A DNA stretch of 64,000 nucleotides, taken from the IMG/VR virus record IMGVR_UViG_3300028833_000009; one strand, written 5' to 3'. The position numbers and the translations under genes are program-made. This document shows, piece by piece, positions 11,640 to 20,527 of the stretch. Positions within the stretch are counted from its first letter, which is position 1. Each line of letters opens with the position of its first letter. This stretch comes from an uncultured virus (IMG/VR IMGVR_UViG_3300028833_000009) (lineage: Duplodnaviria > Heunggongvirae > Uroviricota > Caudoviricetes). Under the pieces are notes generated by a model that searched no databases, was not told where the DNA came from, and was given only the letters and a program-made list of their open reading frames with translations.

Positions 11640-12033
11640 GATTTACCTCCTCCCATGCTTCTTTGGCCATTCTGTGAAAAATACTGTCAATGGCCGGATT
11701 AATATAATCCGTTCCTTCAACATATCCTCCATTACCGGTTGCATGACCGTACTGAAGCAATATTGCTATTGGAGCCCAGTCATCACCAAGATTCGAATTT
11801 CGCCAAACAATTTTCAGATCGCCATTCGGATCTTCTTCAATGGTATATGACCAGGACTCTGATGTTTTACCGGTATCTTTAGGTGTTGCGGCTCTTAGAG
11901 CATCCACACCTTTTTGCCCATATCGCTGCATAATCATTCTGATAAACGGCTTAAAACGTAGGCCATGTGCCAGAAATGCTTCAATCTTCTTAAAATCACC
12001 CTTATGAATAAACTGTATCATTGGTTTAGCCAT
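11623..12033 (-). CDS. HK97 gp10-like neck/tail component
   Basis: ATPKDTGKTSESWSY, ILLQYGHATGNGGYVEG motifs. Confidence 0.75.
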   Translation of the reverse strand: MAKPMIQFIHKGDFKKIEAFLAHGLRFKPFIRMIMQRYGQKGVDALRAATPKDTGKTSESWSYTIEEDPNGDLKIVWRNSNLGDDWAPIAILLQYGHATGNGGYVEGTDYINPAIDSIFHRMAKEAWEEVNRARRS

Positions 12034-12572
12034 TAATGTCTCGCCGCCCTGTTCTTTGCCCGGATTGATTTGTTCTGAGCAAATATAGATGCCAGATCCA
12101 TTGACTGGCTTGTAGTCCCGCCTTTAATCCCGCAAATCTTAATAAGCATCAATAACCTGTTTAAATGCCATTTTTCGCAGGACATGGGAATACCAAAATA
12201 AATCATGTAATAATATAGTAATTCTGAGGTGATTCTTTCACGACTGGGTCTTTGATTCTTACTTCTGTCTGTAATTGTAGATGCTGTATGCGGATCACTG
12301 ATATACTCCAGAATATTTTTCAGCGTCTGATAATCGAGAGTTCTGATTGCATCAATGTCCACATTCTTATCAATTGACATACAGCAAATATAATCAAACA
12401 GTTCTTCTCTGGTATGCTCTTTATCATCCAGATAAGGTTTCTTCCATTTTGATTCCCATTTGGACAATGAGATGAGAGAATGCTCAAGATGAAGCTCCTG
12501 GGCTTTAATGGTTTTAAAAGTCTGGGCTTTTTCATCATACAATTCTTTTTCCGGGATCGTAATGGTCAGCAT
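12033..12572 (-). CDS. Tail assembly chaperone (second)
   Basis: LEHSLISLSKWESKW, WHLNRLLMLI motifs. Start moved to MLTITI (12572), which follows GGAGGTG. Confidence 0.65.
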   Translation of the reverse strand: MLTITIPEKELYDEKAQTFKTIKAQELHLEHSLISLSKWESKWKKPYLDDKEHTREELFDYICCMSIDKNVDIDAIRTLDYQTLKNILEYISDPHTASTITDRSKNQRPSRERITSELLYYYMIYFGIPMSCEKWHLNRLLMLIKICGIKGGTTSQSMDLASIFAQNKSIRAKNRAARH

Positions 12573-12589
12573 TCTCTCACCTCCATTCA

Positions 12590-13057
12590 TTATGTATTCA
12601 GCAGATGCGCCTGCCCATCATCAGCAGGCTCTTCCGTCTTCTTTTCAGTTTCAGTGTTTTCTTTCTCAGCATTTTCACGGGCGGCCGCAGCTGCTGCAAC
12701 ATCAGCAGGCACAATACCATTAATAAACGCCGCAGCAGATTCTGCATTTGTCAGCAATTCCATATAAAGCTGAGAATATGCTTCAGTCTGAGAGAAAGCT
12801 TCGGACAATTCTTTCGTCTTAATAAAGCGACGACCATCCGCAGATTTTTCGCCATAAGCCTTCAATACAAGAGATTTCAAAGCTTCCATGATCTTCGGAA
12901 TATCCTGCTTTTCAATAATCAACTGAATCAGATTCTGCATACCGCCAATCGTACCCAGCTCCATATCAAGCAGCTCTGCTTTACTCAGATTGAAATAGAA
13001 ATTTTCGGAACGTTCGCGTCCATCATAGTCAACATAATTGATAAGTTTCTTTAACAT
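12590..13057 (-). CDS. Tail assembly chaperone (first)
   Basis: FYFNLSKAEL...AYGEKSADGRRFIK...FSQTEAYS; between major tail and TMP. Confidence 0.7.
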   Translation of the reverse strand: MLKKLINYVDYDGRERSENFYFNLSKAELLDMELGTIGGMQNLIQLIIEKQDIPKIMEALKSLVLKAYGEKSADGRRFIKTKELSEAFSQTEAYSQLYMELLTNAESAAAFINGIVPADVAAAAAARENAEKENTETEKKTEEPADDGQAHLLNT

Positions 13058-13091
13058 TTTCCTTGCTCCTTTTCTTTTAAAAACACAATAA

Positions 13092-13125
13092 TCAGGAGCC
13101 CCATCATAATCGACAGGGCCCCTGA
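13092..13125 (-). terminator. Intrinsic terminator after the major tail gene
   Basis: 14-bp stem TCAGGGGCCCTGTC/GATGGGGCTCCTGA (with G-U pairs) followed by TTATTGTGTTTT. Confidence 0.7.
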
Positions 13126-13139
13126 AAAATAACAGTTAA

Positions 13140-13841
13140 TTAGGGATTCGGGTTATTCGGGTTGGCACTGCCACCACCGGTCGTAGTGCTCTTCATGGTG
13201 GAAATAACTTCCGCGGGAAGCGGCATGGCAGGTTCACTACTCTCGCCACCATAAATCTTCGTTTCCAGAGTAGTCAGCTTTGTTTTATCACACTTGGTGC
13301 TGTCGATAACGATAGAAGAAGTCGCCTTATATCCTTCCACATTCACAGGAGTAGAGTTCGCATCCCAGCTCATCGTGATTGCATCAGGATTCTCATTAAT
13401 CGTGGTATAACCACGTCCAGAAGGAGTCGCCGTGCAGTTATAAATGATATGGATCAGATAACCCTTATCCATACCCGGATGCGTGTCATCACCAATCTTG
13501 GTCTTGTACACAAGGCCAAAAGCTTTACGGGTCTGCTGCCCAATATACACACCAGGAGTTACTTCCTTGCTGCCATCACACTCAGACCATTCATCCGGAT
13601 AGTCATAAGCTTCAATACCAAAAGCAAACCGCTCAGCAGACTGCAGAGAAGCATACTTAATATCATCAGCATACAGATCTGTGATGTCTGCACCGCTGGG
13701 GTTCTCGGAAATACCGGTAACACCACTCCAGGCAACACCCTTCTCATATTCACCATTGCTCCCCATGGGGAACAGAGCAACTTCGCTTACACCACCCTGA
13801 AACTCTCGGGTACCGGTCTGATCCCAAACCAATTTACTCAT
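13140..13841 (-). CDS. Major tail protein
   Basis: LVWDQTGTR...GVAWSG...LYADDIKY...GQQTRKAFGL, phi13-like major tail protein motifs. Confidence 0.88.
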   Translation of the reverse strand: MSKLVWDQTGTREFQGGVSEVALFPMGSNGEYEKGVAWSGVTGISENPSGADITDLYADDIKYASLQSAERFAFGIEAYDYPDEWSECDGSKEVTPGVYIGQQTRKAFGLVYKTKIGDDTHPGMDKGYLIHIIYNCTATPSGRGYTTINENPDAITMSWDANSTPVNVEGYKATSSIVIDSTKCDKTKLTTLETKIYGGESSEPAMPLPAEVISTMKSTTTGGGSANPNNPNP

Positions 13842-13858
13842 ATGTTTTTACCCTCCAT

Positions 13859-14182
13859 TTAATACCATATCGTATAGACATAGTGGTTCAAGTTGTCCGA
13901 TGAAAATGCCGTATCAAAACTGCAATATTGCATATCATCAATTTTATCCGTCATTGGATCATCGGGATTTTTGGTAATATAGGTGAGGCTGTATCGATAA
14001 AGACGTCTGTATATCTTATTATCGGCATGCACATCATTGGCAGTTGCCAGCTTATACACAATTGCCGGATAATTCAGCTTTGTTCCTGTCGGTGGCTGAA
14101 AATATACATTCCGTGATCCGAGAAGAGCCTCAAGCTTTCGCTGCAGTTCAGTTCTTCTCAGGCTCATGATACTGACCTCCAA
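13859..14182 (-). CDS. Tail terminator/completion protein
   Basis: NVYFQPP...YPAIVY...DNLNHYVY; position. Confidence 0.7.
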   Translation of the reverse strand: MEVSIMSLRRTELQRKLEALLGSRNVYFQPPTGTKLNYPAIVYKLATANDVHADNKIYRRLYRYSLTYITKNPDDPMTDKIDDMQYCSFDTAFSSDNLNHYVYTIWY

Positions 14183-14495
14183 TAGTCAAAATAATTCGGG
14201 GATACTGAATTTCAGCATTTGTTACTTTCCAGGTATCCCCGAGCCATCTGACAAATTTCATTGCGCCAAGATTGCTTCTTGCAAAAGTATCGGCAACAAT
14301 ACTGATGCGGTTATTGATTGTCAGATTATCATTGAAATTTCCATTTTGATCCCAACGACGGCTATTTGAAAGCACATCGCCATAATATGGTCTTTCCCTG
14401 AGAACTTCCGTACAAACACCAGGATGATTATCTGGATCTGTTTCTTCTGTTCTCAGAAACCCTACGGTTCCATGAAATCTGGCCATTCTTTTCAC
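14148..14495 (-). CDS. Head closure/stopper protein
   Basis: RPYYGDV...ISIVAD...WKVTNAEIQYPRIIL; position. Confidence 0.65.
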   Translation of the reverse strand: MKRMARFHGTVGFLRTEETDPDNHPGVCTEVLRERPYYGDVLSNSRRWDQNGNFNDNLTINNRISIVADTFARSNLGAMKFVRWLGDTWKVTNAEIQYPRIILTIGGQYHEPEKN

Positions 14496-14521
14496 CGCCT
14501 TTCAGTATAAATTTAAGGCGC

Positions 14522-15397
14522 CTACGGATAAGAAGGCACCAAAGTTCCGCCTGTTACTGTAACATTCGGAGTTTCCTCATTGCTGAGGATCTGAATAGAA
14601 TGATCGACACCGGTAATCACACCGCCGTTTATAGTCAGGCTCATTCCAGCATTACCCGGATAATTAGCTGCTTCGTCATAAATCACAGCACTAGTACCAG
14701 TCATAACACGACGATCATCAGCAATCATGCCATCTGTTCCGGCAGTTGCTGTGATAGAACCATTATTAATCGTAACATTACCGCCACGCATACAAAGACC
14801 GGTTCCACCATTGGCATATATTTCGCCACCGTTCATTACAAACGTGTCGCTGTTTGCAATATAGACACCAATCGCTTCATAGCCAGTGGTTACGATATTC
14901 GCACGAATAATACCGCCGTTCATGGTAATGGTATTTCCGCCACGTCCGGAAGTTCCGTTAGTTGCAATACCGAAATTATCCTCAGTAATGATTGTACCGC
15001 CATTCATTTCAATGGTGCCACCACCGGTAGCTGCAGTCAAAGCACCTTCCCTGCTGTGAATTTCACCATTGTCAAATATCACGGTACCACCACGTGAAGC
15101 CTGGAATCCTTCACTAGTTGTACTTGTATAAATGCCGCCTTCTATTTTGATTGTGCCACCATTACGTGCAACGCCAACAACTTTCGTATTTGTAACACGC
15201 CCATCTCCCGTCAGGGTAAGAGTGGCTCCAGATACACTGAAAACGGAATTAACAACGCCTTCGATCTTATGATTATTCAGATCAATGGTTACGTCTCTAT
15301 TGACAACCAAAGCTTTATCCGGAGTCAAATCATTATCAAGTCTGATTTCTTTCGCGTCTCCAGAAAGTGCATTTCTGATTTCATCAATAGTAGACAC
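14522..15397 (-). CDS. Right-handed beta-helix (pectin-lyase-like) domain, probably expressed as a capsid C-terminal extension
   Basis: VTIDLNNH start and repeated (M/I)NGG-x-I units. Weak RBS; the frame is open upstream through a Pro-rich linker to the capsid 3' end. Confidence 0.7.
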   Translation of the reverse strand: MSTIDEIRNALSGDAKEIRLDNDLTPDKALVVNRDVTIDLNNHKIEGVVNSVFSVSGATLTLTGDGRVTNTKVVGVARNGGTIKIEGGIYTSTTSEGFQASRGGTVIFDNGEIHSREGALTAATGGGTIEMNGGTIITEDNFGIATNGTSGRGGNTITMNGGIIRANIVTTGYEAIGVYIANSDTFVMNGGEIYANGGTGLCMRGGNVTINNGSITATAGTDGMIADDRRVMTGTSAVIYDEAANYPGNAGMSLTINGGVITGVDHSIQILSNEETPNVTVTGGTLVPSYP

Positions 15398-15480
15398 CCC
15401 TTCTGGCTGATCAGGGTCCGGACCCGGCCCCGGAGTTGGAGTCGGGTCTACGGGCTGATCGTCGTCACCTGAAGGGGGCG

Positions 15481-17433
15481 TTAAGGGTTTACTTCTTCCT
15501 CAATAACGATCGCGCTCATGGGCTTGATCAGAGCGCCAGAGCACCTGGTTTCAATCAGGTACTTCTGCTGGTTGTAATCGATATCGAAGTCCTCGAACAT
15601 ATTCACGCTGCCGCCCTTATCAGCACCAACATTATAATCATTCAGGTTCACGATAATCGCAGCGGGCTTGAAGGTCTTGCCGCTGGTAGTATCAGTCCGA
15701 ACAGTAGAGGCATCCGCCATCACAGGCACAGTGATGATCTCACGCACACCCAGAACATTCGCGGCGGTCTCCTTGGTGGGATACAGGAAATGACCAATGC
15801 CATCTTCCAGCAGCAGCAGTTCGCTCAGCCAGTCTTCGGTCACGAAAGCAACAGCATTGCCGGAACCCTTATAGTCCTTCCAGGCCTTACGCACAGTCTT
15901 AATGAAAGTCTTCGCCTTGGGCTCACCCTGCACAGCAACCAGTTCCTTACGAACAGTGTACAGATCATCATCCCGGAAAATGCTGCGGATGTGGCTCTCA
16001 CTGATATGATCATCAGAAGAAGTCTGCCGACCATCACCGATCAGGATAGCACGGGCAATTTCCTCATCCAGCATCATCCGCATTTCAGCCTTCAGCCAGG
16101 ACACGACATCGAAGTCAGTAATATCGATCACATCGTCACGGTCAAGCTTCTGCTTCTTATAAATGGTCTGGGGATCAGTGGTCCGCTTCAGCAGCGTGAA
16201 CACTTCATTGACTTTCTTGTTGCCCTTGATGTAACCCTTCGCACGGGCTTCATCTTCAGTGATATCCGCGAACAGCGTCTTGATGCGGCTAAAAGGAGTA
16301 TGTTTGGTTCCCTGCATGACCTTGCTTACCCAGCCCTGGTCACGCTGAATGAAAGAAGGGACCGTATCAACATTCTTAGCATCCGGGAACAGCCAATCGA
16401 TCTGCTGAATGCCGTAATCATCAGCATGAGCCAGAACAGCCTCACGAAGGCTTCCGCCGCGCTTCGCATCTTCGAAAATGGTTTCAATCTCGGCATGGCT
16501 CAGTTCGCCACCAACGGTAACATCATCCATAGCGGTGTTCTCAAAAGGATTGTTTTTCATAAGTTCATACCCTCCAAATCCGGAATGAGCGACGGCTTCG
16601 TCCTCTTCCTCGTCATCTTCATAGTCTTCATCGTCGAGTTCGTCGTCTTCGTCGTCTTCCTCGTACTCATCGTCGAACTCATCTTCATCGTCTTCTTCGT
16701 CGGCATCATCCTCTTCGTCGTCTTCCTCGTCGTCGAAGTCGTCTTCTTCATCTTCTTCATCGAAGTCTTCTTCGTCGTCCTCATCCTCTTCGTCGGCGTC
16801 GGGATCATAACCAACAGCATTCAGAGCATCGATCTGGCCCTGCTCATAAAGAGCGTTCACAACAGCCAGCTGCTCTTCGTTCATCCCGTCCAGAATGTCC
16901 TGAACGTCAAGAGTAGCGTTTTTACTCATGTCGTCTTCCTCCATGTCGTTTTCTTCTGAATGGCACAAAATCTTCTGTTTTTTAGTATAGATAAGCGCCT
17001 CTTCGTCATCCATAAAAGTAGAGCCATCACTGTGCGCAAAGTTCAGGTTCTCAATCACAGCGCCCTTATTAGCACCAGTCAAAACAAGACTGACTTCCTT
17101 AATGGAGCCGTGAATAACATCCTGACCTTTCTGCACAAGCTGATTGGCATAAATAGAGAACTGCTTAATATCGCCGTTCGCTACTGCATTTTTAGCCGCC
17201 TGAGCCTTCGGGTTCTTATTGAACCAACAATAACAGTAGACACCCTTATCACGATTCTCTAGCAGTGCATGACCCAGAACATTCTCAGGATCACTGTGGC
17301 AATGCTGAAAAACCATGGGGACTTCTTCACCGTCATTATCGATGAAGGCATTCGGGCGGATAGTCCGGCCGTCCGTGCATTTGATATTACACATCGTTGC
17401 CCAGCCGGAAATGTCATAAGGTCTGTCTTTCAT
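15481..17433 (-). CDS. Prohead protease - major capsid protein fusion with long acidic linker
   Basis: N-terminal HK97-type protease (FQHCH...LGHA, FSIYA, EVSLV), D/E tract, capsid domain (DWLFPDA, HTPFSRIK, DFDIDYNQQKYLIETRCSGAL). Start set at MKDRPY after GGAGG. Confidence 0.88.
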   Translation of the reverse strand: MKDRPYDISGWATMCNIKCTDGRTIRPNAFIDNDGEEVPMVFQHCHSDPENVLGHALLENRDKGVYCYCWFNKNPKAQAAKNAVANGDIKQFSIYANQLVQKGQDVIHGSIKEVSLVLTGANKGAVIENLNFAHSDGSTFMDDEEALIYTKKQKILCHSEENDMEEDDMSKNATLDVQDILDGMNEEQLAVVNALYEQGQIDALNAVGYDPDADEEDEDDEEDFDEEDEEDDFDDEEDDEEDDADEEDDEDEFDDEYEEDDEDDELDDEDYEDDEEEDEAVAHSGFGGYELMKNNPFENTAMDDVTVGGELSHAEIETIFEDAKRGGSLREAVLAHADDYGIQQIDWLFPDAKNVDTVPSFIQRDQGWVSKVMQGTKHTPFSRIKTLFADITEDEARAKGYIKGNKKVNEVFTLLKRTTDPQTIYKKQKLDRDDVIDITDFDVVSWLKAEMRMMLDEEIARAILIGDGRQTSSDDHISESHIRSIFRDDDLYTVRKELVAVQGEPKAKTFIKTVRKAWKDYKGSGNAVAFVTEDWLSELLLLEDGIGHFLYPTKETAANVLGVREIITVPVMADASTVRTDTTSGKTFKPAAIIVNLNDYNVGADKGGSVNMFEDFDIDYNQQKYLIETRCSGALIKPMSAIVIEEEVNP

Positions 17434-17476
17434 GACACTTTCCTCCGAATTAATTTCCATTTTGATTTAGAATTGA

Positions 17477-18904
17477 TCATCCGGTTTCCGGCTGAGGATT
17501 ACCGGAGGGAGCCTCTTCTTCCTCTTCTTCGAGGTCTCCGTTTTGATACTTTTCAGCCAGCTCAACGATTTCAGAATCTGATAATTCACTCAGATCCTTC
17601 TCATTCAAGCCAGCATCAAGTAATATCTTTCTGGCTGCTTCCAGTTCTTCAGGATCAACAGGTTCCTCTTCTTCAGGAGGAGGTCCGTCTTCAGACTGAG
17701 GCATATTGCTGTTACGCAATTCATCAGCCTTCGGATCATCGCTCGGCATAATACCAATAATGCTGCGAATCTCATTGGCCGTAAGAATCTCATTACGGGT
17801 AAACTTATCGGCAATATCCGCAATATTGTTAACCGGAACAAGCTTGAAATGATCCTGGAAATACATAATGGACTGACCCTGTGTTCTGGCTGTCTTTGTG
17901 AGGAAGATTCTTATCATCGCATCACAAATCGCGGCAAGAATCGGTTCGATGGTCCGGTTATAGTAATTCAGCATAACCTTTTCATCGGCAGTCCCATTCA
18001 TAATTTCATTTGTCAAACCAAGCTGACCATATACCTGATCGGTTAAATCCCGAATTTGTTCAAGAAGGTTATTATCCAGCGGTCGGTTCAACTGTGTAAT
18101 CTTTTCTGTTGCGTCAATATAACCGATTCCATATTTGGATGTAACAAGCTGCTCTTCAAGCTTCTTACTTCTCTTTTCAGCTTCCTTCATTCGCATTTCT
18201 GTCTTAATGGTATAAGGAAGTTGAACGATCATATTAAGCTTATTAGAGCTAATCGTTTCATCCACCATATCCTTCAACGCTAGCTTTCGCAGCAGACGCT
18301 GAAGGGTGGAGCTCGGTTCATTCATAACTGCATAGAAAGGATTCTCTACAATGGCAACAGCCCGCTTGGAATACCAGATTTCTTCTTTGAGGCCTCGGTA
18401 CTCGTTGTATACTTGCACCTTAACCTCATCTGGTCGCCATTGAGTAATTTTGCCTGTCCTTAGAGAAAGAATATCAAATGATGTATTCAGATTCGGATTA
18501 ATATCCGCAGCTGTTGGAACAATCGCAATGCAGCCTTCATCCAACATGCTCATAACAACATCCTGAATAAACTGTCTTCCGGATTGATCCATATTAGCCT
18601 CTATGGACAGGCAGTTATTAAGCCCGGATAGAATGGTTCCCTGATATCGGCCATTCTCATTCACCCGGACATGTTTAATTTTTACCGCGGCTGTATCAAC
18701 AGCAATCCGATTGTAAATCGCGGTAATAATTGACCGATCTTTACCTCGCGTCAATCGAACCCTGTCGGGCCGAGTGCTGCTTGTGTACCCGACGGTCACG
18801 GGATCTGGCAGTCTGCTGTATACTGCGGAAATATCATCCGTGGGGTCTCGATTATTACGAAAGGCTGCCCAGGCATGCTGGAGCCTTTGTCCAAATGAGG
18901 CCAT
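17477..18904 (-). CDS. Portal protein
   Basis: IYNRIAVD, ENPFYAVMNEPSSTLQRL, DKFTRNEILTANEIR; between terminase and capsid. Confidence 0.9.
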   Translation of the reverse strand: MASFGQRLQHAWAAFRNNRDPTDDISAVYSRLPDPVTVGYTSSTRPDRVRLTRGKDRSIITAIYNRIAVDTAAVKIKHVRVNENGRYQGTILSGLNNCLSIEANMDQSGRQFIQDVVMSMLDEGCIAIVPTAADINPNLNTSFDILSLRTGKITQWRPDEVKVQVYNEYRGLKEEIWYSKRAVAIVENPFYAVMNEPSSTLQRLLRKLALKDMVDETISSNKLNMIVQLPYTIKTEMRMKEAEKRSKKLEEQLVTSKYGIGYIDATEKITQLNRPLDNNLLEQIRDLTDQVYGQLGLTNEIMNGTADEKVMLNYYNRTIEPILAAICDAMIRIFLTKTARTQGQSIMYFQDHFKLVPVNNIADIADKFTRNEILTANEIRSIIGIMPSDDPKADELRNSNMPQSEDGPPPEEEEPVDPEELEAARKILLDAGLNEKDLSELSDSEIVELAEKYQNGDLEEEEEEAPSGNPQPETG

Positions 18905-18982
18905 AGCATCACCTCATATTTTCATTTTGATTTAAAGAGTTGTGGTATGCCTTTGTTTATAATATAATTCGTGGTAAAGTAA

Positions 18983-19789
18983 TTACCGCCGACTACGACG
19001 CTTCTTCTGCTTCGGACGATATCCGGAAGATGCCACCTGATTGGCATACTTGGTTCCGGCGAAAGCTTTATTCATTTCGCTACGGAACTGAGCGGCTTTC
19101 TTAGCAGCACGCTTTGTGGTAGCAGCACGGTAAGCATTGTAACCAGCACCAGCAGCAAGACCAGCGCCAAGACCGGCGGCACCAAGTCTCACAACGCCGC
19201 TGTTACTAATTTTTCCAACTCTATTCAGATACGGATTTGCCCAATGCGCTTCAGGAATCTTAGCTGCGTTTGCAAATTTGTTCACAGCATTTTTAGCTAC
19301 GTTATTTCCTTTACCCCATTTTTCAATAGCGTTGCCAGCTTTTCCACCTACAAGATTAACTTTGCTACCGGCGGTCTTCATGGTGCTACCAATTTTCTGT
19401 AAACGACCACCGCCTCTTACACCAAATTTGGACATAAGCTTACCAGCTCCAGAGGCAGCTGCACCAAGACCTCTGGTTGCTTCACTTGCTCCACGCATTC
19501 CATAACGCACAGCTGTGGATACACCTTTTGTGCCAGTAGCAGCAATCGCTCCAGCTCCAGCAGCACCAAGACCAAGAGCAGCCGCACGCTTGGCATATTT
19601 CTTACCACTGGCAGCACGTTTTTCAAGTTTGGCCAATTTCTTCTGAGCCCTTCTAAATTCACGATCCATGCGCCTATCAGATCCACTTTCGCGTGCTTTA
19701 CGTACTCCCCACTTCATACCTTTAACGCCATAGTGAGCAAGATAATCAGTAGTAGGAGTAGTAGGCGCTCCATAATAAACATTATCCAT
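18983..19789 (-). CDS. Basic HYGVKGMKWG-motif protein (putative internal virion protein)
   Basis: DYLAHYGVKGMKWGVRK; K/R-rich with Gly/Ala hydrophobic segments. Confidence 0.7.
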   Translation of the reverse strand: MDNVYYGAPTTPTTDYLAHYGVKGMKWGVRKARESGSDRRMDREFRRAQKKLAKLEKRAASGKKYAKRAAALGLGAAGAGAIAATGTKGVSTAVRYGMRGASEATRGLGAAASGAGKLMSKFGVRGGGRLQKIGSTMKTAGSKVNLVGGKAGNAIEKWGKGNNVAKNAVNKFANAAKIPEAHWANPYLNRVGKISNSGVVRLGAAGLGAGLAAGAGYNAYRAATTKRAAKKAAQFRSEMNKAFAGTKYANQVASSGYRPKQKKRRSRR

Positions 19790-19795
19790 TTTGAT

Positions 19796-20506
19796 TTACC
19801 TCCGTTTTCTTCTTTTCGGTTTTTGATAAACATACTTGCCAGCATATTGTGTTCCGGCAAAGCTTTCATCCATAGCATTTTTAAATGCTTCTGCTTTTGC
19901 ACGATATTTCTTTGCATGCGTAGCACGATATGCATTTTGTGCGGATTTAGCAGCTAAGCCTGCTGTTGCTAATCCTGCGCCAGCTCTAAATAAATCATTA
20001 TTTGTTATTGTTAATTTACGATATTGGTTAACCGCTGTTGGATGTGTTGGATTAGGTGCATTTGAATCTGCACGTCTTGTTAATATGTTGAAATTATGCT
20101 CCTTATTGCCAAAGTCAATCAATCTGTTTGGGATCTTTTCTTTCATATCGCGAGATAAGAAATATAAATCAAGATTCCTTACAGTTCCATTAGGTCTTAA
20201 TGAAGCTTTTCTTACAAGGGGACTTAATTTCTTTATTGCACCTGCAACAGTACCTGTTCCACCAACAGCAAGCGTTCCAGTACCTGCAGCTGCTGCACCA
20301 TAGGCTGCAGCTTTTGCAGCATACTTGCCTGGTCGCATACCAATATCCTGCAATTTATAAAGCTTTTTGGCCGCTTTTTTGAAATGTCTGTCAAGCGCTT
20401 TCTGGTTACCAGTATATAGCGCTTTTCTCACTCCCCATTTCATTCCCTTAATGCCATAGTGTTTAAGGGATTCATCGGAGCGAGTTACTCCATAATATTC
20501 GCTCAT
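19796..20506 (-). CDS. Basic HYGIKGMKWG-motif protein, paralog of 18983-19789
   Basis: SLKHYGIKGMKWGVRK; shares NAYRA...FAGTxYA C-terminus with its neighbour. Confidence 0.7.
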   Translation of the reverse strand: MSEYYGVTRSDESLKHYGIKGMKWGVRKALYTGNQKALDRHFKKAAKKLYKLQDIGMRPGKYAAKAAAYGAAAAGTGTLAVGGTGTVAGAIKKLSPLVRKASLRPNGTVRNLDLYFLSRDMKEKIPNRLIDFGNKEHNFNILTRRADSNAPNPTHPTAVNQYRKLTITNNDLFRAGAGLATAGLAAKSAQNAYRATHAKKYRAKAEAFKNAMDESFAGTQYAGKYVYQKPKRRKRR

Positions 20507-20527
20507 TGTAATTCACTCCTGATGAGT

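Noticed and set aside
12560..12620. Lambda G/GT-type frameshift between tail chaperones
   Set aside because: No clear slippery heptamer, and the second gene has its own strong GGAGGTG RBS
13134..13146. CCC-TAA +1 frameshift signal at the end of the major tail gene
   Set aside because: The +1 frame stops after two codons (CCT AAT TAA), so there is no extension
15436..16959. 507-aa plus-strand ORF (and similar ones such as 23011-24006, 34240-34944)
   Set aside because: Antisense shadows of strongly codon-biased minus-strand genes; the hydrophobic F/V/L run mirrors the D/E tract
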